IMG/VR virus record: IMGVR_UViG_3300025405_000011
Coordinates: 68,619-132,618 of that record
Strand: one strand, 5' to 3'
Origin: a virus
DNA length: 64,000 bases
Positions 56,013 through 63,878 of the stretch are shown here, piece by piece. Below the pieces are notes generated by a model that saw only the letters and a list, made by a program, of their open reading frames with translations, was not told the origin of the DNA and did no database searches. Every line of letters begins with the position of its first letter. The stretch's first letter is position 1. A program made the translations under genes and the position numbers.

Positions 56013-56133
56013 AAGATGCAACCATTGAAGGTTGCATGGGATACATATGTAATTGATCTAATCAATGTCCCCCCAGGACACATATGTATCCCATGGGATC
56101 TTCAAAAATCCCAAACAAACAAGAAGGAGCACC

Positions 56134-56667
56134 ATGGATGCACTGCGAAAAATGTGTATTTGTGCTCTATTGACAATTGGTATACTAGTTCCATCTGTTG
56201 CGGGAGCAACTGACAAATGGAAAGTTCAAAATGGACATGTATATCAAGTTCAGACAGTGACTAAGTCCAACTTACACTGGTATAGTAACATTATGCCAAC
56301 AGTGGTTAAGAATGAATCACATGCTCTGATGCAATGGAACACAACTAGCACAGATGTAACAGCCACGTGGCCTGATGCAACTGACCCTACAAGAAAGTTA
56401 CCAATAAAAGCACAAGTAACATTTGCTTGTATTAGGTATCATGAAAGTAGAAATCATCTGACCAGTGTTGAGATACACTCTTATGCCGGTGGATGGTATC
56501 AGTTTATTCCATATATATGGAATTTTGCAAGAGGACACATACCTGGGCTACCAGCAAAACCCCAAATGGCTACAGCACATCAACAATCTGCTGTGGCTGT
56601 CTGGTATTACCAACGCAATCATGGTTTTTACCCAGAATGGGGTGGAGACATGAAAGTTTGTGGCTAA
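56134..56667 (+). CDS. Secreted Rpf-like lytic transglycosylase
   Basis: Signal peptide MDALRKMCICALLTIGILVPSVAGA; CIRYHES...GGWYQF...W...A....Q..VA...W motif; RBS AAGGAG. Confidence 0.7.
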   Translation: MDALRKMCICALLTIGILVPSVAGATDKWKVQNGHVYQVQTVTKSNLHWYSNIMPTVVKNESHALMQWNTTSTDVTATWPDATDPTRKLPIKAQVTFACIRYHESRNHLTSVEIHSYAGGWYQFIPYIWNFARGHIPGLPAKPQMATAHQQSAVAVWYYQRNHGFYPEWGGDMKVCG

Positions 56668-56670
56668 TGG

Positions 56671-56700
56671 AGGTGGTATGGAGTCAAATCCATACCATCT
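56671..56700 (+). repeat. 12-bp intergenic hairpin, copy 3
   Basis: AGGTGGTATGGA-GTCAAA-TCCATACCATCT, then ACTATG. Confidence 0.8.
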
Positions 56701-56734
56701 ACTATGCAGAAATGCATAATAACAAGGAGAATGT

Positions 56735-57241
56735 ATGAGTGACATGAATACACTAACCTGGTTTAGTGAGAGATGGTATGGTGAACCCAAATACAGATCT
56801 ACAAGGTATACAAATGCCAAAGTGGATCTTGGTTTTACCATACAAGAAGATGTCAAGGGTGATGTCTTTTTACAAATTAGATCAGTGAGGACAGGTAAAA
56901 AGAATGCTGACTGGGAAGTTGGTATTTTTAAATGTCTCAATGAAACTATGTCTTCTGCTAAAAAAGCCATTAAAAAAGCATGGGTGACTATGCAGAATTC
57001 TAGTGAAGATGAGATGAAATCATTCAATACCTTTTGGGATACATTGGTATCATATGGGTGGCTTCCAGCAATGGAGATGCCTTGCCATCATGGTATGATG
57101 TCAGTTTGTTTTTGTGGTAGAAAGGCAATTGCTTCATGGGCCACTACTCGTAGTACAATTCATCATACTACATTGAAGACAGTGTTGGAAGTTGAAGAAG
57201 AAAACAAGCTTGAACCATTGATCTTTGCATGGCCTGAGTGA
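56735..57241 (+). CDS. Hypothetical early protein
   Basis: AACAAGGAG RBS, 168 aa. Confidence 0.7.
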   Translation: MSDMNTLTWFSERWYGEPKYRSTRYTNAKVDLGFTIQEDVKGDVFLQIRSVRTGKKNADWEVGIFKCLNETMSSAKKAIKKAWVTMQNSSEDEMKSFNTFWDTLVSYGWLPAMEMPCHHGMMSVCFCGRKAIASWATTRSTIHHTTLKTVLEVEEENKLEPLIFAWPE

Positions 57242-57245
57242 TAAA

Positions 57246-57275
57246 GGATGGTATGGAGTCAAATTCATACCATCC
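57246..57275 (+). repeat. 12-bp intergenic hairpin, copy 4
   Basis: GGATGGTATGGA-GTCAAA-TTCATACCATCC, then ACTATG. Confidence 0.8.
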
Positions 57276-57341
57276 ACTATGTACTTGACAGTACAGAAGG
57301 TGATCATTGCCTACCAATGATAAATAACAAGGGAGATTAGT

Positions 57342-57773
57342 GTGAAAACTAACACTTCAATCCAATCAGCAACCGAACAGATTGACAAGGCACGTAACAA
57401 GGCCAGTCGAGTGCTTGGGGTGAAAGTTTCACGAGTGCAATTTCTGCACTTGGTGGACATTATCACTGGAGAATCTGTAGAGCCAACTGTAAAATCAGTT
57501 GAATCTCAGAGTTCAGGCACTGTTCAGGTTAAGAAGACACGTGCCAAGTACCCAACATTTGCTCGCCAACAGTGGGATGCAATGTTTGACTGGAATGTGT
57601 TAATGAATGGAGCAGTACACCAAATTGACTTGACTACTATTCCCAACACCAACTGGAACCGTTTTGTCCAGAAGTCATGGGGTATGGGTAAAAAGAATGG
57701 TCTTAAGGCAATTACACGCAAGACAGGTGCCAAGTCAGGCACAATTCAATATGTATTGCGTGAAGCACAGTAG
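57342..57773 (+). CDS. Hypothetical basic early protein
   Basis: GTG start after AACAAGGGAG, 143 aa. Confidence 0.7.
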   Translation: MKTNTSIQSATEQIDKARNKASRVLGVKVSRVQFLHLVDIITGESVEPTVKSVESQSSGTVQVKKTRAKYPTFARQQWDAMFDWNVLMNGAVHQIDLTTIPNTNWNRFVQKSWGMGKKNGLKAITRKTGAKSGTIQYVLREAQ

Positions 57774-57791
57774 TAAGTTGTAGTGTAGTAA

Positions 57792-57821
57792 GGTCAGTGG
57801 GGAGTCATGTCCCCATTGACC
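57792..57821 (+). repeat. 12-bp intergenic hairpin, copy 5
   Basis: GGTCAGTGGGGA-GTCATG-TCCCCATTGACC, then ACGATG. Confidence 0.8.
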
Positions 57822-57877
57822 ACGATGGAATTAATCGATCCATTGAAGTACAGTAGATTAATAACAAGGGAGATAAC

Positions 57878-58615
57878 ATGAGCGAGACAAGCTACATGGG
57901 TATGCCAATTCCAAAGTGCTATCAAACACTCAATAAGGTGTTTGAGGCTGGACTAGACCGTGTGATTCTATATGGTCCTCCAGGCACAGGCAAGACATAT
58001 GCTGGACTCACTAGCCATATTGGTGAGAGTCAATCATTCCGTCTTGTTTGCACTGAAGACATGACTTCTGCCGAAGTATCAGGTGCTTTTATGCCTAGTG
58101 CTGATGGTGGGTTTCATTGGATGGATGGCTTAGCCACTAAAGCATGGCGAACTGGTGGACGTTTGGTAATTGATGAGATTGACAAGGCAAGTGGAGATGT
58201 TTTTGCTCTACTATTGTCTTTCACTGACTCGATTGCTAGTGCTTCCCTGGACTTGCCTACTGGTGAAAGGATTGTTCCTGCACCTGGCTTCAGTGTGATT
58301 ATGACATCTAACATTGAACACCCTGATGAGCTTCCAGTTGCTCTTCGTGACCGATTTCCAGTTGCACTTAAGATTGATTCTGCACATCCTGCAGCATTAG
58401 TCCAATTGCCTGAGGAATTGCGTATGGTTGCTGCTACTATTGTAGCAAGTAAGCCTGGACGACGTGCTAGTTTGCGTGCTTTTTATGCATTCCAGCAATT
58501 GCGTCAAGTCATGGATGTGATGGAGGCAGCAGAGCAAATCTTTGGACCTAACTTGGCTTCCAGCATTGTTGATGCTGTGAAGATAGGTACAATGTCTATT
58601 GAAGTAACTCTGTAG
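57878..58615 (+). CDS. MoxR/CbbQ-type AAA+ ATPase
   Basis: Walker A GPPGTGKT, W.DG, Walker B LVIDEID, TSN, ALRDRF. Confidence 0.88.
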   Translation: MSETSYMGMPIPKCYQTLNKVFEAGLDRVILYGPPGTGKTYAGLTSHIGESQSFRLVCTEDMTSAEVSGAFMPSADGGFHWMDGLATKAWRTGGRLVIDEIDKASGDVFALLLSFTDSIASASLDLPTGERIVPAPGFSVIMTSNIEHPDELPVALRDRFPVALKIDSAHPAALVQLPEELRMVAATIVASKPGRRASLRAFYAFQQLRQVMDVMEAAEQIFGPNLASSIVDAVKIGTMSIEVTL

Positions 58616-58617
58616 TC

Positions 58618-60174
58618 ATGAGTATGTCTACTAATGATCGGAAGGACTCACCACCTTTACCAGAGGTAGTGGTGTCCTTCCGACAGGACATATCAGACCC
58701 TATTGATTGGGATGTTCGCAATACTCCAAGTTCATCTATGGGTGTTAACACTGACTTACTCAAAGGTCAAATGACGGTTCCGTTTTTTGATGATGAAGTT
58801 AGTCGGTTTGTTCGTGCACGAGAATTAACCAAGGCACGAATTACACCTATTGATACTAGAATATATGATGCTGTATGTTCTAGTTCCAGAGATGTTAAGC
58901 CACATGTGTTGGCTGCTGCTGAGAACTTGAGAATATCTAGTGTGACTACTAAACTTGAATATGATAACATTGCTCTTGTTAAGGGCAGTGAAAAGAATTT
59001 GGGTATGCAGTTAGCACAAGCGGGTACACCTGAAGCATGGGAGTTTGCTTTAGTGACTGCAATTGAGTTGATAGGCTCCAAAGCCTTTGACTCTTTTGCA
59101 TCTGGTATTCGGAGTGTAAAACCCGAATGGTCCAAGTCACTAAGGGGTATGGTAAAACATGTGAAGCCTCATCTAGAAATTGCATTGACTGTACTTAGTG
59201 ATACTGCACCCAGTCTTTATGACTTTAAAGGTGAACATATTAACTATCCAAGAGGTTTTAATACATCTATGAGATTAGCACAGATATTAGATCATTGGAG
59301 TGGTTATGGGCCAATGGTTCCAGATGATGTTGCTGAAGTAGTTCGTGAAGAAATGTTTGAAAAGGCCATGAGTTCTGATGGTGATTCTGATGATGATGGT
59401 GATGATGATGGTGATGATGCCCAAGGTGAATCTGCCTCAGGCAAAACCAAGCCTTTTGGTGAAGGTACACCTGACTACAAACTATCTGTTAAGAATGTAC
59501 CTGATGACTTTGAGTTTGATACTGGTGCTGCAGGACAATTTGCTGATTTACGTATTGATGATACTATGCCCTTGATCCAAGAGGTCAGTGGCTATCTACA
59601 TCGACGTAAGTCAGCAATGACTACTGGGCGTAGAGTATTGTACCCAAGCCGTTTGCTTACTGACCCTCAAAAGAGAATTTTTGGTAGCAAAGTGAGAGTG
59701 AAAGGTGGTATTGTAGTTGTTGATATCTCTGGATCTATGAGCTTGACTAATGAAAATATTGAGGACATTTTGACATCAGCACCTGCTGCTGTTATCTTGG
59801 CCTATTCTCAGAGAGAGTTAGATCAACCCAATGCTTGGATTTTGGCGTCTCGTGGACGTCGTGTAGATCCCAAGCATATTGGAGATATTGGTAGAGCAGG
59901 CAATGGTGTTGACGGACCTGCCTTAACATGGGCTATTCGCAAGCGTAAGCATGGTGAACCCATCATCTGGATTAGTGACGGAATGGTTACTAGTTCAAGT
60001 GATGGTTGGTCTGACGAGTTGTTCCTTGATTGTGTTAAGTTAGTCAAGAAGCACAAGATCATCTGCTATGCAGATACACCTACTGCAGTTAAGGCATTCA
60101 AGCGTGGTGTTCATAGGAGCAATCCTCCTCACATCATTCGTGAAGCTTTAATTACAGGCAAGAGTCCACGCTAG
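58618..60174 (+). CDS. VWA (MIDAS) domain protein, partner of the AAA ATPase
   Basis: VVVDISGSM and WISDG motifs; acidic DGDDD linker. Confidence 0.8.
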   Translation: MSMSTNDRKDSPPLPEVVVSFRQDISDPIDWDVRNTPSSSMGVNTDLLKGQMTVPFFDDEVSRFVRARELTKARITPIDTRIYDAVCSSSRDVKPHVLAAAENLRISSVTTKLEYDNIALVKGSEKNLGMQLAQAGTPEAWEFALVTAIELIGSKAFDSFASGIRSVKPEWSKSLRGMVKHVKPHLEIALTVLSDTAPSLYDFKGEHINYPRGFNTSMRLAQILDHWSGYGPMVPDDVAEVVREEMFEKAMSSDGDSDDDGDDDGDDAQGESASGKTKPFGEGTPDYKLSVKNVPDDFEFDTGAAGQFADLRIDDTMPLIQEVSGYLHRRKSAMTTGRRVLYPSRLLTDPQKRIFGSKVRVKGGIVVVDISGSMSLTNENIEDILTSAPAAVILAYSQRELDQPNAWILASRGRRVDPKHIGDIGRAGNGVDGPALTWAIRKRKHGEPIIWISDGMVTSSSDGWSDELFLDCVKLVKKHKIICYADTPTAVKAFKRGVHRSNPPHIIREALITGKSPR

Positions 60175-60180
60175 ACTCAA

Positions 60181-60210
60181 CCCCAGGTTGCCGTCATTGG
60201 TGACCTGGGG
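60181..60210 (+). repeat. 12-bp intergenic hairpin, copy 6
   Basis: CCCCAGGTTGCC-GTCATT-GGTGACCTGGGG, then ACTATG. Confidence 0.8.
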
Positions 60211-60524
60211 ACTATGTAGTTAATACATAACCCAAGTTGCTATGGGTTGTAACCACTTGTATATGAGTGCTCAAACATATACCCAATAGCCAGTATGAGG
60301 ACAACAATCTGGCCTACCATGGATAACTGTAGTAAACGAATCCACTATGTCCATGATGGTAAGGCACACTAAGAACCCATCAAAACTCATCATATGGGGA
60401 AGCATATGGGAGAAATTTCCAATCTCTGAGTGGAACTACCTGTTAGTGTAAGTTGTAGGTCAACTATCTATCTGTGGGTGTATTGACTCGTAACCCTCCA
60501 TCCTGAGTTGATGATAACTACTCA

Positions 60525-60554
60525 TCCCATAATGAGGTCAAACTTATTATGGGA
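60525..60554 (+). repeat. 12-bp hairpin, copy 7
   Basis: TCCCATAATGAG-GTCAAA-CTTATTATGGGA, then CCTATG. Confidence 0.8.
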
Positions 60555-60773
60555 CCTATGTGGCTAATAAGCCCACATACCCATGTCATGAGGGTAACAT
60601 GGCTATCTTGTAAGTGGGTGTATAGGAACTTTCACAGGATAATGGTCACTGTTAGCCTAACCCATTCAAGAGACAACTTGTAAAACAATCCAGTGTATTG
60701 GGAAAGCATACACAAACTAAGTCCTGGGTATGACTGAAACTACCCACTTAAACAACAATACAAGGGAGGGCAT

Positions 60774-61079
60774 ATGCCTGAATTTGACTTTAAACTAGAT
60801 GATGAAACCAAAATCAGAGCTGAGTTTGGTGACTTTATCATGTCTATACATGAATGGGCTAGTCATACTGCAGAAGTAACTGTAGGATTTCTTGCACTTT
60901 CAGAAGGATGGGAAGAGTTTCCAGGTGATGATGGAGATCGTAAGACATTTATCAAGTTTGGAACTCATGCTTTAATGCAGCAAATGAATGAATTAGTGGA
61001 TATTTTCCAGAAAGCTCACACTGCACTCTTTGGGGAACCATTAGAGCACAAGTGTGATGATCCAGATCACGATCACTAA
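60774..61079 (+). CDS. Hypothetical early protein
   Basis: AAGGGAGG RBS; His/Cys/Asp tail (HKCDDPDHDH). Confidence 0.7.
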   Translation: MPEFDFKLDDETKIRAEFGDFIMSIHEWASHTAEVTVGFLALSEGWEEFPGDDGDRKTFIKFGTHALMQQMNELVDIFQKAHTALFGEPLEHKCDDPDHDH

Positions 61080-61083
61080 TCAA

Positions 61084-61114
61084 ACCTCAGGTGGGTTCAT
61101 TGCCTGCCTGGGGT
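61084..61114 (+). repeat. 12-bp intergenic hairpin, copy 8
   Basis: ACCTCAGGTGGG-TTCATTG-CCTGCCTGGGGT, then GCTC and a TCCC-GAAA-GGGA hairpin. Confidence 0.75.
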
Positions 61115-61153
61115 GCTCCCGAAAGGGAAATTAAAACAAACAAGGGAGTAAAT

Positions 61154-61501
61154 ATGAAAGACAAGTTACCTGACCTACGTCAACTGTCTACTTATGAAGA
61201 AGCATTAGATCACATCTTCAAGTGCCATGGTGAAGAGGGCAAGAAAATTGCAACTGATGAAAATCAAGCACCATTTATGTGGCATGAGATAGTTGGACAT
61301 GGTCCTGATAATGACTCAGATCATGATCACTATGGAAATGCTATGGGTAATATATCAGAAATGATGGAACTGGTGAACAAAATTATTGAAGACCCAGAAT
61401 TCCGTGCAAAATTTGAAGCCCAATTGAGTAGTGAAGAGGCACTTGAGGCCAAGAAACGTATTGATGAAAAGACACGATCTTTGCTTGAAGGTGACAAATG
61501 A
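61154..61501 (+). CDS. Hypothetical His-rich early protein
   Basis: Start MKDKLP at 61154 after AACAAGGGAG. Confidence 0.7.
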   Translation: MKDKLPDLRQLSTYEEALDHIFKCHGEEGKKIATDENQAPFMWHEIVGHGPDNDSDHDHYGNAMGNISEMMELVNKIIEDPEFRAKFEAQLSSEEALEAKKRIDEKTRSLLEGDK

Positions 61502-61761
61502 TTATAGTCAAAGGTGTTCTATCTGAAAAACATTGGATAGATGTCTCATACTTTAATGATGAGTATTTGACTGTTAACTGCAAATGTAATGGTTGTGAAG
61601 TAAGTGAATCCTATCTTGTAGAACAAAGTCTATTTGACAAATGGGCTAAGGGTGCACTGCTTCAAGATGTCTTCCCATTACTAACTCCAGGGCAAAGAGA
61701 GATGTTAATCTCAGGTACCTGTGATGCATGTTGGGATAAAAAATGGGCTGACTTAGATTAG
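61498..61761 (+). CDS. Conserved-looking phage hypothetical protein with CxxC pairs
   Basis: W..GALLQDVFPLLT..QREMLISG.C..CWD; ATGA overlap. Confidence 0.7.
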   Translation: MIIVKGVLSEKHWIDVSYFNDEYLTVNCKCNGCEVSESYLVEQSLFDKWAKGALLQDVFPLLTPGQREMLISGTCDACWDKKWADLD

Positions 61762-61766
61762 TCCAA

Positions 61767-61797
61767 ACTCCAGTTGAATTCAAATTTCTTCTGGAGT
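61767..61797 (+). repeat. 12-bp intergenic hairpin, copy 9 (canonical T-loop)
   Basis: ACTCCAGTTGAA-TTCAAAT-TTCTTCTGGAGT (tandem U.U), then GCTC and a CCTCA-GAAA-TGAGG hairpin. Confidence 0.75.
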
Positions 61798-61849
61798 GCT
61801 CCTCAGAAATGAGGTATAATAAGTAATAACCAATAACAAGGGAGTAAGT

Positions 61850-62053
61850 ATGGATGAAGTAAAAGTAACAACTGAAAGTCTTAAAAAGTTACTTGATGAT
61901 GCCTATGCAATGTACATAAAAGCATCTGAGAGTTATCTTGAGACTTTGAAGTTAGCAAGTCAAAAAGCTGCTACTTTTGAACAAGTAAAAGTCATCTGGG
62001 AGCGAACTACAAAGCTATGCCAAGACTTTATTGACTTACAGGAAGGAGAGTAG
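61850..62053 (+). CDS. Small hypothetical protein
   Basis: AACAAGGGAG RBS, 67 aa. Confidence 0.65.
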   Translation: MDEVKVTTESLKKLLDDAYAMYIKASESYLETLKLASQKAATFEQVKVIWERTTKLCQDFIDLQEGE

Positions 62054-62208
62054 TGCCAACTATTGTTCAAGATGATGATAACCGCAGCCGTGAAGATTTG
62101 ATAGAAGAAATTCATAGCCTTAGATATGAAATGATTATGATGTCTGAGGAGAATAGTATTCTTTTTAACAAATTGAAGGCCATCCGTTCCATCCTTGAAA
62201 TAAGTTAA
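62053..62208 (+). CDS. Small hypothetical protein (51 aa)
   Basis: GTG overlapping the previous stop, AAGGAG upstream; MPTIVQDDDNRSRED... Confidence 0.55.
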   Translation: MPTIVQDDDNRSREDLIEEIHSLRYEMIMMSEENSILFNKLKAIRSILEIS

Positions 62209-62209
62209 G

Positions 62210-62395
62210 ATGGAGCAATTGGGAACTATCCTAAGTGACTACATGATGAACCTTAAGAACAAGGTTTTAAGGTTTGTTGACGGTGAACCACAAGTATGCC
62301 CGTCATGCGGTGGATATATAAGACAGGATGAAGAGATAACTGCCAACAGTAAGTATGAAAAGGCAGTTCATCTTCGTTGTGCCTATTGGAAGTAA
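62210..62395 (+). CDS. Small Zn-finger-like protein
   Basis: CPSC...H..C, 61 aa. Confidence 0.55.
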   Translation: MEQLGTILSDYMMNLKNKVLRFVDGEPQVCPSCGGYIRQDEEITANSKYEKAVHLRCAYWK

Positions 62396-62403
62396 TGTAG
62401 TAA

Positions 62404-62433
62404 ACCTCACATAGAGTCAAGTTTATGTGAGGT
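62404..62433 (+). repeat. 12-bp intergenic hairpin, copy 10
   Basis: ACCTCACATAGA-GTCAAG-TTTATGTGAGGT, then GCTC and a TCTC-GGAA-GAGA hairpin. Confidence 0.8.
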
Positions 62434-62466
62434 GCTCTCGGAAGAGATAAACAATTAAGGAGCAAT

Positions 62467-62829
62467 ATGAGTAAGCAAGATTATGGTACAGTGTTAGGTG
62501 CTGACATTCTCAAAAGTTTGGCCTATAAGGACATAACTGAAGTGAAGGTTGGTGACTTTGTTACCTTTATTGATGCTCGTCATCTTGGATTGCAGAAAGG
62601 CACAACTCGATACCACTATCGTGGAGAAGTAATTGAGATTAATGCCCTTAGTGCAACTCCAGTTAAGGCCAGACTACAAAAGTTTGACCCTGTTACTGGA
62701 GACAAGTTTGATGATAGTTTCACAGAAGAGTCATTTGCAGTCAATAGATGGGCTCCATATGAAACAGTTATTCGTGCATTCCGGACAACCCTTGCGGTTG
62801 CTGGAGCAATACACGAATCAGAGGAGTAA
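62467..62829 (+). CDS. Hypothetical protein (SH3/KOW-like beta pattern)
   Basis: VKVGDFVTF...RGEVIEI; AAGGAG RBS. Confidence 0.65.
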   Translation: MSKQDYGTVLGADILKSLAYKDITEVKVGDFVTFIDARHLGLQKGTTRYHYRGEVIEINALSATPVKARLQKFDPVTGDKFDDSFTEESFAVNRWAPYETVIRAFRTTLAVAGAIHESEE

Positions 62830-62836
62830 TCCTCAA

Positions 62837-62869
62837 TCCTGGTAATGGTTTGATGTTCTATTACCAGGA
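62837..62869 (+). repeat. 12-bp intergenic hairpin, copy 11 (deviant 9-nt loop)
   Basis: TCCTGGTAATGG-TTTGATGTT-CTATTACCAGGA, then ACTAG. Confidence 0.65.
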
Positions 62870-62937
62870 ACTAGCCTCCCTTGGTGAACTCCTGGGCAAG
62901 AGTGTAAACTACCCACTCAACAAGTAAGGAGAAAGTA

Positions 62938-63267
62938 ATGAATAAGACAGGATTAAACTTGGAAATTATTGGCAAAGATGGTAATGCTTTTAACATCTTG
63001 GCTATTGCTTCTAAAACTCTCAAACGAAATGGGATGTCATCTTTAGTTGATGAATTTATAACTGAAGCAACTAGTGGTGACTATGATCATTTGTTAATGA
63101 CTTGTATGGAATGGTTTAATGTAACTGGTGATGAAGAAATTGAAATAGATGACTTCGAAGTGGATCTAGATGCACAAGAACTATTATTATGTGAAGTATG
63201 TGGAGATTCTACAGACGGAACTGGTATTCTATGTGATGATTGTTTCGATAGTGAGATGAGTGAATAG
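62938..63267 (+). CDS. Conserved phage hypothetical protein plus C-terminal Zn finger
   Basis: GKDGNAFNIL...ATSGDYDHLL motif; CEVC..CDDC. Confidence 0.7.
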   Translation: MNKTGLNLEIIGKDGNAFNILAIASKTLKRNGMSSLVDEFITEATSGDYDHLLMTCMEWFNVTGDEEIEIDDFEVDLDAQELLLCEVCGDSTDGTGILCDDCFDSEMSE

Positions 63268-63281
63268 TAAGGGAGAATAGT

Positions 63282-63878
63282 ATGGCCAAGACAAAAAAGA
63301 TGATGCATCCAGAGTATCATGGTACATTTAATGGTTATAGTAACTATGGTTGTAGATGTGATCTTTGTAAACTTGCTGGTAGGGAATCTAATAAGATTCA
63401 AAAGGCCAAGAGAATAGCCAGACCCAAAGACGGAACTGAATGGTATCATGGTACAGTCAATGGTTATCGTAATTGGGGTTGTCGTTGTGAGCCTTGTCAT
63501 GAGGCATTTAAAATTGATCAACGAAAAGTTGCTGCTAGAAATAGAAAACGTCAAGGCTTTTTGACTCGTGAAGAAAAAAGACAAGTACAACTTGATATAC
63601 AAAATAAAGTTACACTAAGTGACTCCCATGGGACAGAATTGGGTATCCAAATGGGATGTAAGTGTAAGTTGTGTACTAACAAAAAAGCATCCATGAAAAG
63701 AATAGTAAGACTGAATACTCCCAAAACTGGACTTGAACCATGGCATGGTACACAAGTTGGTTATCAAGGTTGGGGTTGTCGTTGTGAAAGATGCTACAAA
63801 GCCAATAGCCACTATCGTAAGATACAATATGCGAATGGTGGTAATGGGGCTCATAAGTATAGACACAAAGACAAATAA
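63282..63878 (+). CDS. Basic protein with four HGT..GY..GC[RK]C..C repeats (putative Zn-binding DNA-binding protein)
   Basis: HGTFNGYSNYGCRCDLC, HGTVNGYRNWGCRCEPC, HGTELGIQMGCKCKLC, HGTQVGYQGWGCRCERC. Confidence 0.75.
   Translation: MAKTKKMMHPEYHGTFNGYSNYGCRCDLCKLAGRESNKIQKAKRIARPKDGTEWYHGTVNGYRNWGCRCEPCHEAFKIDQRKVAARNRKRQGFLTREEKRQVQLDIQNKVTLSDSHGTELGIQMGCKCKLCTNKKASMKRIVRLNTPKTGLEPWHGTQVGYQGWGCRCERCYKANSHYRKIQYANGGNGAHKYRHKDK

Larger units (their letters stand above)
60175..60770 (+). ncRNA. Candidate structured non-coding RNA region (about 600 nt)
   Basis: No ORF of 60 aa or more, and a dense run of short hairpins. Confidence 0.45.

Noticed and set aside
59267-59470. Poly-His ORF on the minus strand
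   Set aside because: It is the antisense reading of the GATGATGGT repeats that encode the acidic linker of the VWA protein.
56671-62433. Loop GTCAA read as a minus-strand TTGAC -35 box
   Set aside because: No -10 hexamer was found at the right spacing in the copy checked (57246), several loops lack GTCAA, and G-U pairs favour a plus-strand RNA structure.
60720-62915. Hammerhead ribozyme or preQ1/SAM riboswitch identity for the family B pseudoknots
   Set aside because: The CUGAUGA/GAAA core and the known riboswitch consensus residues are not present. The element is left unnamed pending an Rfam search.
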